DNA of 64,000 bases from Gilvimarinus gilvus. Its GTDB lineage: Bacteria > Pseudomonadota > Gammaproteobacteria > Pseudomonadales > Cellvibrionaceae. The position numbers were made by a program, and so were the translations under genes. Below are positions 49,900-63,021 of the stretch, piece after piece. How positions within the stretch are numbered: the stretch's first letter is position 1; each line of letters starts with the position of its first letter. Location of the stretch: NCBI RefSeq assembly GCF_033898585.1, contig NZ_JAXAFO010000007.1:46272-110271 (forward strand), in the 5' to 3' direction. The notes beneath the pieces were generated by a model. That model saw only the letters and a program-made list of their open reading frames with translations, did no database searches and was not told the DNA's origin.

Positions 49900-50409
49900 A
49901 TGAATTCGAAACCCTTTGTACCCGTGTATGCCAGCGAATGGCTTAACGTCGACACAAGCGACTACCGGGTGTTTCTATCAGGCAAAGCACTATTGATACA
50001 CTCTTTTCAAATGCTTTGCCCAGGCTGTGTTTATCACAGCCTGCCCCAGCTCGCTTCTGTGCGAAAGGTCTACTCCGAAGATCAGCTTTCCATTGTCGGG
50101 TTACACAGCGTATTTGAGCATCACGATGCAATGACGCCAACAGCCCTAAAAGCGTTTGTGAGTGAAATGGGGATTACCTACCCTGTTGCTATAGATGCCG
50201 CCTCAGATGGGCCAGTCCCCAAAACTATGGCCCACTATAATTTACAAGGGACGCCATCAATGTTGATATTTTCAGCAGACGGCAGCCTTATAGTGCAACA
50301 CTTTGGCAGACTCAGTGACATGCAATTAAGTGCCTTTATCACTCAAGCGATTTGGAGCGATAACAAAACAATCATACAGCGCTCAGCTACCCAAGGTTGC
50401 TCAATATAA
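49900..50409 (+). CDS. Thioredoxin-fold (TlpA/redoxin-like) thiol-disulfide oxidoreductase
   Basis: CPGC active-site motif in a thioredoxin-like context. 12 nt after the previous gene. Confidence 0.6.
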   Translation: MNSKPFVPVYASEWLNVDTSDYRVFLSGKALLIHSFQMLCPGCVYHSLPQLASVRKVYSEDQLSIVGLHSVFEHHDAMTPTALKAFVSEMGITYPVAIDAASDGPVPKTMAHYNLQGTPSMLIFSADGSLIVQHFGRLSDMQLSAFITQAIWSDNKTIIQRSATQGCSI

Positions 50410-50434
50410 AAGTATTCAACAGAAGTGGACAAGG

Positions 50435-50900
50435 TTATCCACAGATATAACTGACTCAAAAAGGGCACTTACAAGATTTATCCACAATTGTTCACAGGTT
50501 TATCCCATAACTCCATGTTTTTACACGTTTTTCGATTAAATAGTAATCAGGGTTCGGTATAAGCCTGTGTGTTTCCACTGACAAACCTGCATAACGAATT
50601 GGGGATAAATCAATTTTCCAGATTTCAGTGGATAACTGGCCATTTCATCCCAAGCTTGTGCAGGGGTCTCTGTCAGCTTACCGGCATCTTTTACTAAGGG
50701 TTATACTTTCTTTAACTTATTGTTTTATATACTTAAATATGGGTTAACCACAGAAATATAGCTCAGTATATATAGTAATAACATTAATCTTTAATACCTA
50801 TATAAATATATATTTTAATTATTCTTTATATGTATAAAACAATTTCAACGTTTAAGTATTGAACATGTTTTGTACAATTGAACTTTCCCTATATAATGCT
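50435..50900. promoter_or_regulatory. E. coli/Vibrio-type oriC candidate: DnaA-box cluster plus AT-rich DUE-like region adjacent to mnmG
   Basis: TTATCCACA at 50435-50443 and 50478-50486. TTATCCCAT at 50500. Reverse AGTGGATAA at 50627-50635. About 200 bp of roughly 80% AT (50700-50900) abutting the mnmG promoter. Confidence 0.5.
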
Positions 50901-50934
50901 CGCCCATTTTTCTCTAGCAACCTTGAGACACTGA

Positions 50935-52830
50935 ATGAATTACCCGGATCGATTTGACGTAATTGTTGTTGGCGGCGGACACGCAGGCACCGAGGCCTGT
51001 TTAGCCGCTGCACGCATGGGGGCTAAGACCCTGCTGCTGTCGCACAACATAGAGACGCTGGGTCAAATGTCTTGTAACCCAGCCATTGGCGGTATTGGCA
51101 AAAGCCACCTGGTTAAAGAAATTGACGCTCTGGGTGGCGCCATGGCACTGGCCACCGATGCCGGTGGCATACAGTTTCGAATACTCAATGCCCGCAAGGG
51201 CCCTGCAGTAAGAGCAACGCGCGCACAGGCCGACCGCGTTTTATACAAAGCGGCGATTCGCGAAACCCTGGAAAACCAACCCAACCTTTGGATTTTCCAA
51301 CAGGCCGTGGATGACCTCATTGTTGAATCCGATGAGGTTCGCGGTGTGGTTACGCAAATGGGCTTAAAGTTTTTTGCTAACCAGGTGGTACTAACCGCGG
51401 GGACTTTTCTCGGTGGTGTTATTCACATTGGAATGCAAAACCATTCCGGCGGGCGTGCCGGTGATCCACCTGCGCAGGCATTGTCACAGCGATTGCGCGA
51501 GTACCCATTGCGTGTTGATCGACTAAAAACTGGAACTCCTCCAAGAATTGACGCCAAATCAGTTGATTACTCTGAACTGCAAGAGCAATGGGGAGATGAG
51601 CCTCGCCCGGTTATGTCGGTACGGGGTAACCGCCAAATGCAACCTAAGCAAGTGTGTTGCTGGATTACGCATACCAACGAGCAAACCCACGAGATTATTC
51701 GCAGTGGTTTGGATCGCTCACCGATGTACTCCGGCGTTATTGAAGGTGTGGGGCCACGCTATTGTCCATCCATTGAAGATAAAATCCATCGCTTTGCCGA
51801 CAAGCCTAGCCACCAAATCTTTATTGAACCAGAGGGGTTAACCACACACGAGCTCTACCCCAATGGTATCTCCACCAGCCTGCCGTTTGATGTGCAAATG
51901 AATTTGGTGCGCTCCATTAAAGGTTTTGAAAACGCCCACATCATGCGCCCGGGCTATGCCATTGAATACGATTATTTTAATCCGCAAGATTTAAAATATT
52001 CACTAGAGACTAAAGTCATTGGCGGCCTTTATTTCGCAGGGCAAATTAATGGTACTACCGGTTATGAAGAAGCCGGCGCTCAAGGTTTGTTGGCCGGTCT
52101 TAACGCTGCCCGTCGATCCCGTGAACTCGAAGCCTGGTGTCCACGTCGTGATCAAGCTTATCTTGGCGTATTAGTGGATGACCTCATCACACTGGGAACA
52201 AGTGAGCCCTACCGTATGTTTACCAGCCGCGCAGAATACCGTTTGCTGCTGCGCGAAGATAATGCTGATGAGCGCCTAACACAACTCGGTTTTGAAATGG
52301 GACTGGTTGGCGAGGCTCAGTGGCAATCTTATTGTGAAAAGCGTGAAGCGGTCGATCGTGAACGCGCAAGATTAAAAGATACCTGGGTGCAGGCTGGTAC
52401 CGATGAGGCCGATAAATTACAGGGAAAAGTAAAGAGCCCGCTTACCCGGGAATACAGTTTGTTTGATTTGTTAAAGCGTCCGGAATTGAAATACATTGAT
52501 ATTGCGTCTTTGAAGGGAGATGTCAATGTGAGTGAAGCTGTAGCCGAGCAAATCGAAATCGACGCGAAATACTCTGGCTATATTTCCCGACAGCAAGAAG
52601 AAATTGATCGCTTGCGCGCTTATGAAAATACACGCTTCCCTGAAGCGTTTGATTTTAATGCCGTCGATGGTTTGTCTAATGAAGTCAAACAAAAGCTAAG
52701 CGACGCCCGACCAGAAACGCTAGCCCGTGCCCAACGTATTCCCGGGGTAACGCCGGCTGCTGTTTCTTTACTTTTGGTGTATATGAAAAAACGCGGACTG
52801 TTAGGTCGCGCTAAGGCCGAGGCTGTTTGA
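50935..52830 (+). CDS. mnmG: tRNA uridine-5-carboxymethylaminomethyl modification enzyme MnmG (GidA)
   Basis: FAD motif [13 protein letters not shown]. 631 aa. Confidence 0.95.
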   Translation: MNYPDRFDVIVVGGGHAGTEACLAAARMGAKTLLLSHNIETLGQMSCNPAIGGIGKSHLVKEIDALGGAMALATDAGGIQFRILNARKGPAVRATRAQADRVLYKAAIRETLENQPNLWIFQQAVDDLIVESDEVRGVVTQMGLKFFANQVVLTAGTFLGGVIHIGMQNHSGGRAGDPPAQALSQRLREYPLRVDRLKTGTPPRIDAKSVDYSELQEQWGDEPRPVMSVRGNRQMQPKQVCCWITHTNEQTHEIIRSGLDRSPMYSGVIEGVGPRYCPSIEDKIHRFADKPSHQIFIEPEGLTTHELYPNGISTSLPFDVQMNLVRSIKGFENAHIMRPGYAIEYDYFNPQDLKYSLETKVIGGLYFAGQINGTTGYEEAGAQGLLAGLNAARRSRELEAWCPRRDQAYLGVLVDDLITLGTSEPYRMFTSRAEYRLLLREDNADERLTQLGFEMGLVGEAQWQSYCEKREAVDRERARLKDTWVQAGTDEADKLQGKVKSPLTREYSLFDLLKRPELKYIDIASLKGDVNVSEAVAEQIEIDAKYSGYISRQQEEIDRLRAYENTRFPEAFDFNAVDGLSNEVKQKLSDARPETLARAQRIPGVTPAAVSLLLVYMKKRGLLGRAKAEAV

Positions 52831-53474
52831 TGGCGAAATCACTTCGTGATCAGCTTGAGCAAGGTTGTGACGCATTAGAGTTAAGTTTAGATACGCAAAC
52901 TATTGAGAAATTATTGCAGTACTTACAAGAGTTCGCTCGCTGGAACAAGGCCTATAACTTATCGGCTGTTCGCAATATAGATCAGATGGTGAGTCGCCAC
53001 TTATTGGATTCTCTGGCTGTATTACCGCATTTACCCGAGGGGCGTTTTATTGATGTGGGGACGGGCGGTGGTTTACCGGGCATGGTGATGGCAATTTGTC
53101 GTCCGCAACAACCACTGACACTACTCGATAGCAATGGCAAGAAAACTCGATTTTTATTTCACGTAAAAACCCTGTTAGGGCTCGATTGGGTTGCGGTGGA
53201 AAATTGTCGCGTGGAAAAACATGTGCCAGAGCAAAAGTATCACGGAGTGGTCAGTCGCGCTTTCGCCAGTCTTGCGGATATGACGCACTGGTGCCATCAC
53301 TTGCTGGATAATGATGGGCGCTTTTACGCGATGAAGGGCGTATTTCCAGAGCGGGAATTGGCGGCCATTAACGATGAATATCGGTTGTGTGATAACACTC
53401 CATTGACTGTTCCCGGCGAAGAGGGCGAGCGGCATTTACTGGTAATTGCCAAACGGCCTGCCCGGCAAGAATAA
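52827..53474 (+). CDS. rsmG: 16S rRNA (guanine527-N7)-methyltransferase RsmG (GidB)
   Basis: SAM motif [11 protein letters not shown]. Overlaps the mnmG stop. Confidence 0.9.
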   Translation: MMAKSLRDQLEQGCDALELSLDTQTIEKLLQYLQEFARWNKAYNLSAVRNIDQMVSRHLLDSLAVLPHLPEGRFIDVGTGGGLPGMVMAICRPQQPLTLLDSNGKKTRFLFHVKTLLGLDWVAVENCRVEKHVPEQKYHGVVSRAFASLADMTHWCHHLLDNDGRFYAMKGVFPERELAAINDEYRLCDNTPLTVPGEEGERHLLVIAKRPARQE

Positions 53475-53630
53475 TACACAGATGGTTCCCGAGCTTGCCC
53501 GATGATCGTATCTGCCACACAATAGAGGGCTCGCTCAGGCCAAGCTCAACTCAGTCTGGGTGTTGTGGCCTGTTTTCACCGACTGCACAGTGGCTGGACT
53601 TAGACCGATCACCAGAAGAAGGATAACGAC

Positions 53631-54437
53631 TTGACTAAAATCTACGCCATAGCCAATCAAAAAGGTGGAGTGGGTAAAACCACCACCTGTGTGAACTTGG
53701 CAGCCTCTTTGGTAGCAACCAAAAAGCGAGTATTGCTGGTGGATCTGGATCCCCAGGGCAACGCGACTATGGGCAGTGGTGTGGACAAGTCCGAGCTGGA
53801 AGAAACCATTTACGATGTCCTGACCAATCGCGCCGACATCGCCGATTGTCTGGTGGTGTCCGAGGAAGGCAAATACCACGTTTTACCGGCTAATGGCGAT
53901 TTAACCGCCGCCGAAGTTGAAATGTTGTCGATGCCCAACAAGGAGCGACTGCTGGGACAGGTTTTGCAGCAAATCGCGGACAGCTACGATTATATATTGA
54001 TCGACTGCCCCCCCTCGCTGAATATGCTCACACTTAATGCGCTTGCCGCCTGCGATGGTGTAATAATTACCATGCAATGTGAGTACTACGCACTGGAAGG
54101 CTTGTCGGCTTTGATTGGCACAATTAATCAGATCCATGACCTTCTCAATCCCAAGTTGCGCATCGAAGGCATACTGCGCACCATGTATGATCCGCGCAAT
54201 AGCTTGACCAACGACGTGTCTGCACAGTTGCATGAACATTTTGCTGATCGCGTTTATCGTACCTGTATACCGCGCAATGTCCGCCTGGCCGAGGCGCCCA
54301 GTTACGGTCAGCCAGTGCTGGTTTACGATCGTCAGTCCAAAGGCGCTCTGGCGTATTTAGCGTTGGCCGGTGAAATTATTCGCCGCAATGAACTGGGTGC
54401 GAGCAGCACTCCGATGAACTCCGAAGTGGCGCAATAG
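53631..54437 (+). CDS. parA: Chromosome partitioning ATPase ParA (Soj)
   Basis: Deviant Walker A KGGVGKTTT. Confidence 0.9.
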   Translation: MTKIYAIANQKGGVGKTTTCVNLAASLVATKKRVLLVDLDPQGNATMGSGVDKSELEETIYDVLTNRADIADCLVVSEEGKYHVLPANGDLTAAEVEMLSMPNKERLLGQVLQQIADSYDYILIDCPPSLNMLTLNALAACDGVIITMQCEYYALEGLSALIGTINQIHDLLNPKLRIEGILRTMYDPRNSLTNDVSAQLHEHFADRVYRTCIPRNVRLAEAPSYGQPVLVYDRQSKGALAYLALAGEIIRRNELGASSTPMNSEVAQ

Positions 54438-54465
54438 CGCTTTTTGTCAGAACACAGGTATAACC

Positions 54466-55374
54466 ATGGCAGGAAAACGTAAAGGTTTGGGGAAAGGTTT
54501 AGATGCGCTATTGGGCGCCGGTGTAAATATTCCCGCGGCTGATGCTCCGGAGGGAGCGCCCGAAGCTGAGGCCAAAACCACCGTACCGGCCGACGGCAAG
54601 CTCATGCAAATTCCTGTCGAACTGATTCAACGCGGCAAATACCAACCGCGCCGTGATATGCACCCGGAAGCGCTGGAAGAGTTGGCCGCTTCAATACGGG
54701 CGCAAGGGGTGATGCAGCCCATAGTGGTTCGCCCTATCAGCGAAGATCGCTTCGAAATTATCGCCGGTGAGCGCCGCTGGCGCGCCACACAGCAGGCGGG
54801 ATTGGACAAGATCCCCGCTGTCGTGCGCGATGTACCAGATGAAGCCGCTATTGCTATGGCGCTGATTGAAAATATTCAGCGCGAAGATCTTAACCCCATC
54901 GAAGAGGCCATGGCCCTCAAGCGACTGCAAGATGAATTCGAGCTGACGCATCAGGAAGTCGCACAGGCCGTTGGTAAATCCCGCACCACCGTGACTAACT
55001 TGCTGCGTTTGATTGCCCTCGATGACGAAGTGAAAAAATTACTCGAGCACGGTGATTTAGAAATGGGCCATGCCCGTGCCCTATTGTCACTGACTCTTGA
55101 GCAACAACGCGAAGTGGCTCGCCAAATTGTCGGTAAAGGCATGACCGTACGCCAGGCCGAAGCCCTGGTGCGGAAGATTCAGGAAGAGCAAAATAAAGGT
55201 ACTATCGGCGCCAAGCCGCAAGTATCGGCTGACATTAAGCGCCTGCAAACCGAGTTGTCGGAAACTCTTGGCGCGGGAGTGGCTATTCAGCATTCCGCCA
55301 AAGGTAAGGGCAAGCTGGTGATTAGCTACAACAATCTCGACGAGCTCGACGGCATTCTCGCGCACATCAAATAA
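54466..55374 (+). CDS. parB: Chromosome partitioning protein ParB (Spo0J)
   Basis: ParB box GERRWRA. HTH. Confidence 0.9.
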   Translation: MAGKRKGLGKGLDALLGAGVNIPAADAPEGAPEAEAKTTVPADGKLMQIPVELIQRGKYQPRRDMHPEALEELAASIRAQGVMQPIVVRPISEDRFEIIAGERRWRATQQAGLDKIPAVVRDVPDEAAIAMALIENIQREDLNPIEEAMALKRLQDEFELTHQEVAQAVGKSRTTVTNLLRLIALDDEVKKLLEHGDLEMGHARALLSLTLEQQREVARQIVGKGMTVRQAEALVRKIQEEQNKGTIGAKPQVSADIKRLQTELSETLGAGVAIQHSAKGKGKLVISYNNLDELDGILAHIK

Positions 55375-55678
55375 CTTCTGTTGCGGATTTATCAGAGCCC
55401 AACACATCAGTGCAAAACACCGGTGTGCCACGATTTGGGTCATTTTTAGGTTATCCACAGGGATTGGTCAGGCCGGTTAAGGACTGTAAATCGCTGTTAT
55501 AGGGGCTTTGCTCACCTTAACTCGCTCATTTACAGCAATTTAGCCGAAATTAGCGGGTGCACTGTTGAAAGGCACTCTTGAAACCCCCTATAATGCTGCG
55601 GCTTTGCAGCTGATCTGTAAGCAGACGTAAACATGCGGCGTAAATCGACAGATTTGCCTAATTGCAGGATAAAACGCA

Positions 55679-56110
55679 GTGGCGAACCGGAAAGAGACGA
55701 TGCCTAAGGCGCGCCGACGGACAGCTGTTATTGCCAAATTGCCGGTATTTAACTATTTGCTGAAGTTGTGGATAGTTTTAATTGTTATCAGTATGCCGGT
55801 CGTGTTTTGGCAGTCGAGTTGGGGGATTTCTTTGCTCTGGGGGTTTTCCGTGTGTCTGGTGCCAGCAATGGTCTTCGCCAGATATGCCGGTCATATTCAC
55901 GGCGCCACCAATATTCGCGCGAGTGTGAATCGTTTCTACGGAGCAGAAACAGCTAAATTTATGTTAACCACTGCCCTGTTTGTGGTGGTGTTTACCCGTG
56001 ACGTAAACTTCAGCGTCCCGGTATTTTTGTGCGCGTTTATAGCGGCACAAGTTGCGCAGTTAATAGTGACGGCGAGAGTTATTCGCCGCCTTGGTCAGCC
56101 GGGGCTTTAA
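55679..56110 (+). CDS. atpI: ATP synthase protein I
   Basis: Small hydrophobic protein preceding atpB. Start uncertain. Confidence 0.65.
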   Translation: MANRKETMPKARRRTAVIAKLPVFNYLLKLWIVLIVISMPVVFWQSSWGISLLWGFSVCLVPAMVFARYAGHIHGATNIRASVNRFYGAETAKFMLTTALFVVVFTRDVNFSVPVFLCAFIAAQVAQLIVTARVIRRLGQPGL

Positions 56111-56125
56111 GCCGCGGTGAGATAA

Positions 56126-57097
<972 letters not shown>

Positions 57098-57104
57098 TTC
57101 TTGA

Positions 57105-57389
<285 letters not shown>

Positions 57390-57444
57390 TAAGGCTCTGC
57401 CTTAGTGACGACGCACAGAAACTTCCCATAACCGAGGTGATGGC

Positions 57445-57915
57445 GTGAACCTTAATTTAACCCTTATCGGACAGTCGCTGGCCTTTATTGTCTTTGTGTT
57501 TATATGCATGAAGTTCATCTGGCCACATCTGACCGCGGCACTGGCAGAACGTCAGAAGAAGATCGCTGACGGTTTAGCTGCAGCAGATCGTGCTGGTAAA
57601 GATCTAGAGCTGGCGCAAGAGAAGGCCACCAAAACTTTGCGTGAAGCAAAGGCTGAGGCGGCTGGCATTATCGAGTCGGCAAATAAGCGTGCTGCACAAA
57701 TCGTTGATGAAGCGAAAGAGCAAGCTCGTACTGAAGGCGACCGTATCAAAGCGGCCGCGCAAGCTGAGGTTGAGCAGGAAGTGAATCGCGCGAAAGAACA
57801 ACTGCGTTCACAAGTTTCTGTTCTGGCTTTTGCCGGTGCCGAGAAAGTACTCGAGTCTTCTGTCGATCAAGCGGCTCACAAAGACATGATCGACAAACTG
57901 GCTGCCAGTTTATAA
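57445..57915 (+). CDS. atpF: F0F1 ATP synthase subunit b
   Basis: N-terminal TM plus a long charged helix. Confidence 0.9.
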   Translation: MNLNLTLIGQSLAFIVFVFICMKFIWPHLTAALAERQKKIADGLAAADRAGKDLELAQEKATKTLREAKAEAAGIIESANKRAAQIVDEAKEQARTEGDRIKAAAQAEVEQEVNRAKEQLRSQVSVLAFAGAEKVLESSVDQAAHKDMIDKLAASL

Positions 57916-57927
57916 GCGAGGTGAATT

Positions 57928-58464
57928 GTGGCTGAATTGACTACCCTCGCAAGACCCTATGCCAAAGCGGCGTTTGCATACGCGCGCGACCATAGCGATC
58001 TTGCGAGTTGGGCAACGCAACTGGAAACACTGGCTCTGGTGAGTGAGTATGGCAAGGCGAAAGAGATAGTGGCTTCGCCAGGCGTAACTCCCGCTGATCA
58101 GGCCACCGCTCTGATTGAAGTTTGCGGTGAAGAGTTGAGCGAAAAGGTCAAAAACTTTGTCCAGCTTTTGGCGGACAATAAGCGTTTGGCGTTGTTGCCT
58201 GAGGTATTCACCCTTTTCGATGCGCTGAAATCCGCCCAAGAGCAAGCCGTTAACGTTGAGTTGACTACAGCATATGAACTAGACGATGCCAGCCAGCAAA
58301 AACTGGCCGACGCGCTCAGTGCCAAACTTGAGCGCAAGGTAAAAGTGTCCGCAGCTATCGATCAGCAACTGCTGGCCGGTGCGGTCATTAAAGCTGGTGA
58401 CTTGGTGATCGACGGCTCCATGCGCGGTCGGTTAGAAAAACTCGCAAAAGCAATCAATTCGTAG
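57928..58464 (+). CDS. atpH: F0F1 ATP synthase subunit delta
   Basis: 178 aa OSCP-like. Position in the operon. Confidence 0.9.
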   Translation: MAELTTLARPYAKAAFAYARDHSDLASWATQLETLALVSEYGKAKEIVASPGVTPADQATALIEVCGEELSEKVKNFVQLLADNKRLALLPEVFTLFDALKSAQEQAVNVELTTAYELDDASQQKLADALSAKLERKVKVSAAIDQQLLAGAVIKAGDLVIDGSMRGRLEKLAKAINS

Positions 58465-58480
58465 GATTGAGGAAAAAAGC

Positions 58481-60025
58481 ATGCAGCAGCTGAATCCATC
58501 CGAGATTAGCGAAATTATCAAACAGCGCATCGAAAACCTCGATGTGTCTTCTGAGGCCCGTAACGAAGGTACGGTTGTCTCTGTATCAGACGGTATTGTA
58601 CGCATCCACGGTTTGATGGATGTGATGTACGGTGAAATGATCGAGTTTGAAGGTGGCATTTTTGGTATGGCACTGAACCTCGAGCAAGACTCCGTAGGTG
58701 CCGTAATTCTGGGTGACTACTTCGGCATTGCTGAAGGTCAAACCTGTAAATGTACTGGCCGAATTTTGGAAGTTCCGGTTGGCCCTGAGTTGGAAGGCCG
58801 CGTGGTCGACGCCCTGGGTAATCCAATCGACGGTAAAGGCCCAATTGACGCCAAACAAACCGACGCCATTGAAAAAGTTGCGCCAGGCGTAATTTGGCGC
58901 CAGTCGGTTGATGAGCCAGTACAAATTGGTTTGAAGGCCGTTGATTCAATGGTGCCAATCGGTCGTGGTCAGCGCGAGCTGATTATTGGTGACCGTCAGA
59001 TTGGTAAATCAGCCATCGCCGTTGATGCCATTATCAACCAGAAAGACTCTGGCATTAAATGTGTTTATGTAGCGATCGGTCAAAAAGCCTCGTCGATTGC
59101 CAGCGTAGTGCGCAAGCTCGAAGAGCACGGCGCTATGGAGCACACCGTAGTGGTTGCCGCTACCGCATCAGACCCTGCGTCTATGCAGTACCTGGCTGCA
59201 TTCGCCGGTTGTACCATCGGTGAGTACTACCGTGACCGCGGTGAAGATGCCCTGATTATTTACGATGATTTGACCAAGCAAGCTTGGGCTTACCGTCAGA
59301 TTTCTCTGCTTCTGCGTCGCCCACCGGGTCGTGAAGCTTACCCTGGGGATGTTTTCTACTTGCACTCGCGCCTGCTCGAGCGTGCCGCTCGCGTAAACGC
59401 TGAGTACGTAGAAAAACAAACCAACGGTGAAGTAAAAGGCAAAACCGGTTCTTTGACCGCATTGCCAATTATTGAAACCCAAGGTGGTGATGTTTCTGCA
59501 TTCGTACCGACCAACGTAATTTCGATTACCGATGGTCAGATCTTCCTCGAAGCGGATATGTTTAACTCAGGTATTCGCCCCGCGATGAACGCCGGTATTT
59601 CGGTATCCCGTGTGGGTGGTTCAGCGCAAAGCAAGATCATCAAAAAGCTTTCTGGTGGTATTCGTACCGCACTGGCACAGTACCGCGAATTGGCGGCCTT
59701 TGCTCAGTTTGCTTCTGATCTGGACGACGCCACTAAAGCTCAGCTGGATCACGGTGAACGTGTTACCGAGTTGATGAAGCAAAAACAATACTCTCCTATG
59801 AGCATTGCGCAAATGGGCTTGGTACTGTACTGCGCCAACGAAGGTTACCTGAAGGATATCGAAACCAATAAGATTTTGGCTTTTGAAGCAGCCCTTCTGT
59901 CCTACGCTGAATCCGAAAACGGAGCGTTGATGAAGCAAATCAATGACACCGGTGATTGGAACGGCGATTTGGAAGAGCAATTTAAAGCCTTGGTTGAGAA
60001 GTTCAAATCTAGCCAAACTTGGTAA
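58481..60025 (+). CDS. atpA: F0F1 ATP synthase subunit alpha
   Basis: P-loop GDRQIGKS. Confidence 0.95.
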   Translation: MQQLNPSEISEIIKQRIENLDVSSEARNEGTVVSVSDGIVRIHGLMDVMYGEMIEFEGGIFGMALNLEQDSVGAVILGDYFGIAEGQTCKCTGRILEVPVGPELEGRVVDALGNPIDGKGPIDAKQTDAIEKVAPGVIWRQSVDEPVQIGLKAVDSMVPIGRGQRELIIGDRQIGKSAIAVDAIINQKDSGIKCVYVAIGQKASSIASVVRKLEEHGAMEHTVVVAATASDPASMQYLAAFAGCTIGEYYRDRGEDALIIYDDLTKQAWAYRQISLLLRRPPGREAYPGDVFYLHSRLLERAARVNAEYVEKQTNGEVKGKTGSLTALPIIETQGGDVSAFVPTNVISITDGQIFLEADMFNSGIRPAMNAGISVSRVGGSAQSKIIKKLSGGIRTALAQYRELAAFAQFASDLDDATKAQLDHGERVTELMKQKQYSPMSIAQMGLVLYCANEGYLKDIETNKILAFEAALLSYAESENGALMKQINDTGDWNGDLEEQFKALVEKFKSSQTW

Positions 60026-60077
60026 GTCGGTGGTGCGCGTAGCGCACCACGGTTAAGAAATCTCGAGGGCCGGATTA

Positions 60078-60941
60078 ATGGCAGGCGCAAAAGAAATACG
60101 CACACAGATTTCGAGCATTAAGAGCACGCAGAAAATTACTAGCGCGATGGAAATGGTCGCTGCCAGTAAAATGCGTAAAGCTCAGGAACGTATGCAAAAA
60201 GGTAAGCCTTACGCTAACCGTATGCGTTCAGTGATCGGACATCTGGCTAACGCCAACCCCGAATACAAACACAGCTTTATGCAGCAACGTGAAGTAAAAC
60301 GCGTTGGCTTCATTATTGTTTCCACCGACCGTGGTTTGTGTGGTGGCTTGAATGTCAACTTGTTCAAAGCGGCTTTGAAGAAAATGAAAAGCTACTCTGA
60401 GCAGCAAGTTGGTGTTGATCTGTGTTTGATCGGTGCGAAATCACAGGCGTTTTTTAATCGCTTTGGCGGTAGTGTGTTGGCAAGCACACGCGATATTGGT
60501 GAAGCACCAACCGTTGCGGATTTGATTGGTTCAGTCAAGGTTATGTTGGACGCCTACTCAGAAGGCAATATCGACAAACTGTACCTGGTGAGCAATGAAT
60601 TCGTGAACACCATGACACAAAGTCCTGAAGTCGCTCAGTTGTTGCCACTTGAACCAAAAGAAGACGAGCAGCTGCAACATCACTGGGATTACCTGTATGA
60701 GCCAGATGCAGAGCAACTGCTGGAAGGCCTGCTGACACGCTACATTGAGTCGCAAGTTTATCAAGCTGTTGTAGAAAACGGCGCTTGTGAACAAGCCGCT
60801 CGTATGATTGCTATGAAAAGCGCCACCGACAACGCCGGTGACCTTATCGATGGTCTGCAGCTTGTCTACAACAAGGCTCGTCAGGCGGCGATTACTCAGG
60901 AATTGTCAGAAATCGTGGGCGGTGCAGCGGCGATTTCATAA
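60078..60941 (+). CDS. atpG: F0F1 ATP synthase subunit gamma
   Basis: 287 aa. Canonical N-terminus [36 protein letters not shown]. Confidence 0.95.
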   Translation: MAGAKEIRTQISSIKSTQKITSAMEMVAASKMRKAQERMQKGKPYANRMRSVIGHLANANPEYKHSFMQQREVKRVGFIIVSTDRGLCGGLNVNLFKAALKKMKSYSEQQVGVDLCLIGAKSQAFFNRFGGSVLASTRDIGEAPTVADLIGSVKVMLDAYSEGNIDKLYLVSNEFVNTMTQSPEVAQLLPLEPKEDEQLQHHWDYLYEPDAEQLLEGLLTRYIESQVYQAVVENGACEQAARMIAMKSATDNAGDLIDGLQLVYNKARQAAITQELSEIVGGAAAIS

Positions 60942-60995
60942 ATCGCGCATCGTTATCGTTAAGAAATTAGCTTAAACCTTCAGGTTGTAGCCTGA

Positions 60996-62393
<1,398 letters not shown>

Positions 62394-62438
62394 TTGGGCG
62401 CGGCGCAAGCCGCTCCCTAAAAGCTTGAGAGGCAGATT

Positions 62439-62864
62439 ATGGCAATGACTGTCCATTGCGATATCGTTAGCGCAGAAACAGAAATCTTTTCCGGATTGGT
62501 AGAGATGGTTGTGGCAACCGGTAGCCTGGGTGACCTGGGTGTAACCTATGGTCACGCCCCATTACTGACCGGTTTAGAGCCTGGTCCGGTACGCGTCAAA
62601 AAACAAGGCGGGGAAGAAGAAGTCTTCTATGTATCCGGCGGATACCTTGAAGTTCAGCCCAACCATGTTTCCATTTTGGCCGATACCGCTTTACGCGCCG
62701 GCGATATGGATGAAGCGGCCGCTGAAAATGCCAAGAAACAAGCGGCGGCCAAGTTGTTGAATAACTCCGGTGAATTGGATTATTCAAAAGCTGCCATTCA
62801 ATTGGCCGAAGCTTCCGCTCAGTTACGTGCTCTACAAGCGGTTCGACGCAAAACCCGCAAGTAA
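62439..62864 (+). CDS. atpC: F0F1 ATP synthase subunit epsilon
   Basis: 141 aa. Last gene of the atp operon. Confidence 0.9.
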   Translation: MAMTVHCDIVSAETEIFSGLVEMVVATGSLGDLGVTYGHAPLLTGLEPGPVRVKKQGGEEEVFYVSGGYLEVQPNHVSILADTALRAGDMDEAAAENAKKQAAAKLLNNSGELDYSKAAIQLAEASAQLRALQAVRRKTRK

Positions 62865-62902
62865 TTAACGATCTAAATGCAGCAGTATTCGTATTGCTTC
62901 AA

Positions 62903-62937
62903 AAAGGGTAGCCTAGGGGCTGCCCTTTTTTGTTTGC
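62903..62937 (+). terminator. Rho-independent terminator of the atp operon
   Basis: AAAAAGGGTAGCC-TAGG-GGCTGCCC-TTTTTTGTTT. Confidence 0.55.
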
Positions 62938-63021
62938 TTGCAAGCTGTGAACCTAAGCGGTTGAGCCGAGATCTTGGTATCATAGCAATAGGCTAGGTTA
63001 CACGGTTAATGGAGTAAATCA

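Noticed and set aside
55448-55456. Isolated perfect DnaA box TTATCCACA between parB and atpI
   Set aside because: It is a single box with no cluster or AT-rich partner. Single 9-mers are expected by chance or as minor DnaA titration sites. It is not called an origin element.
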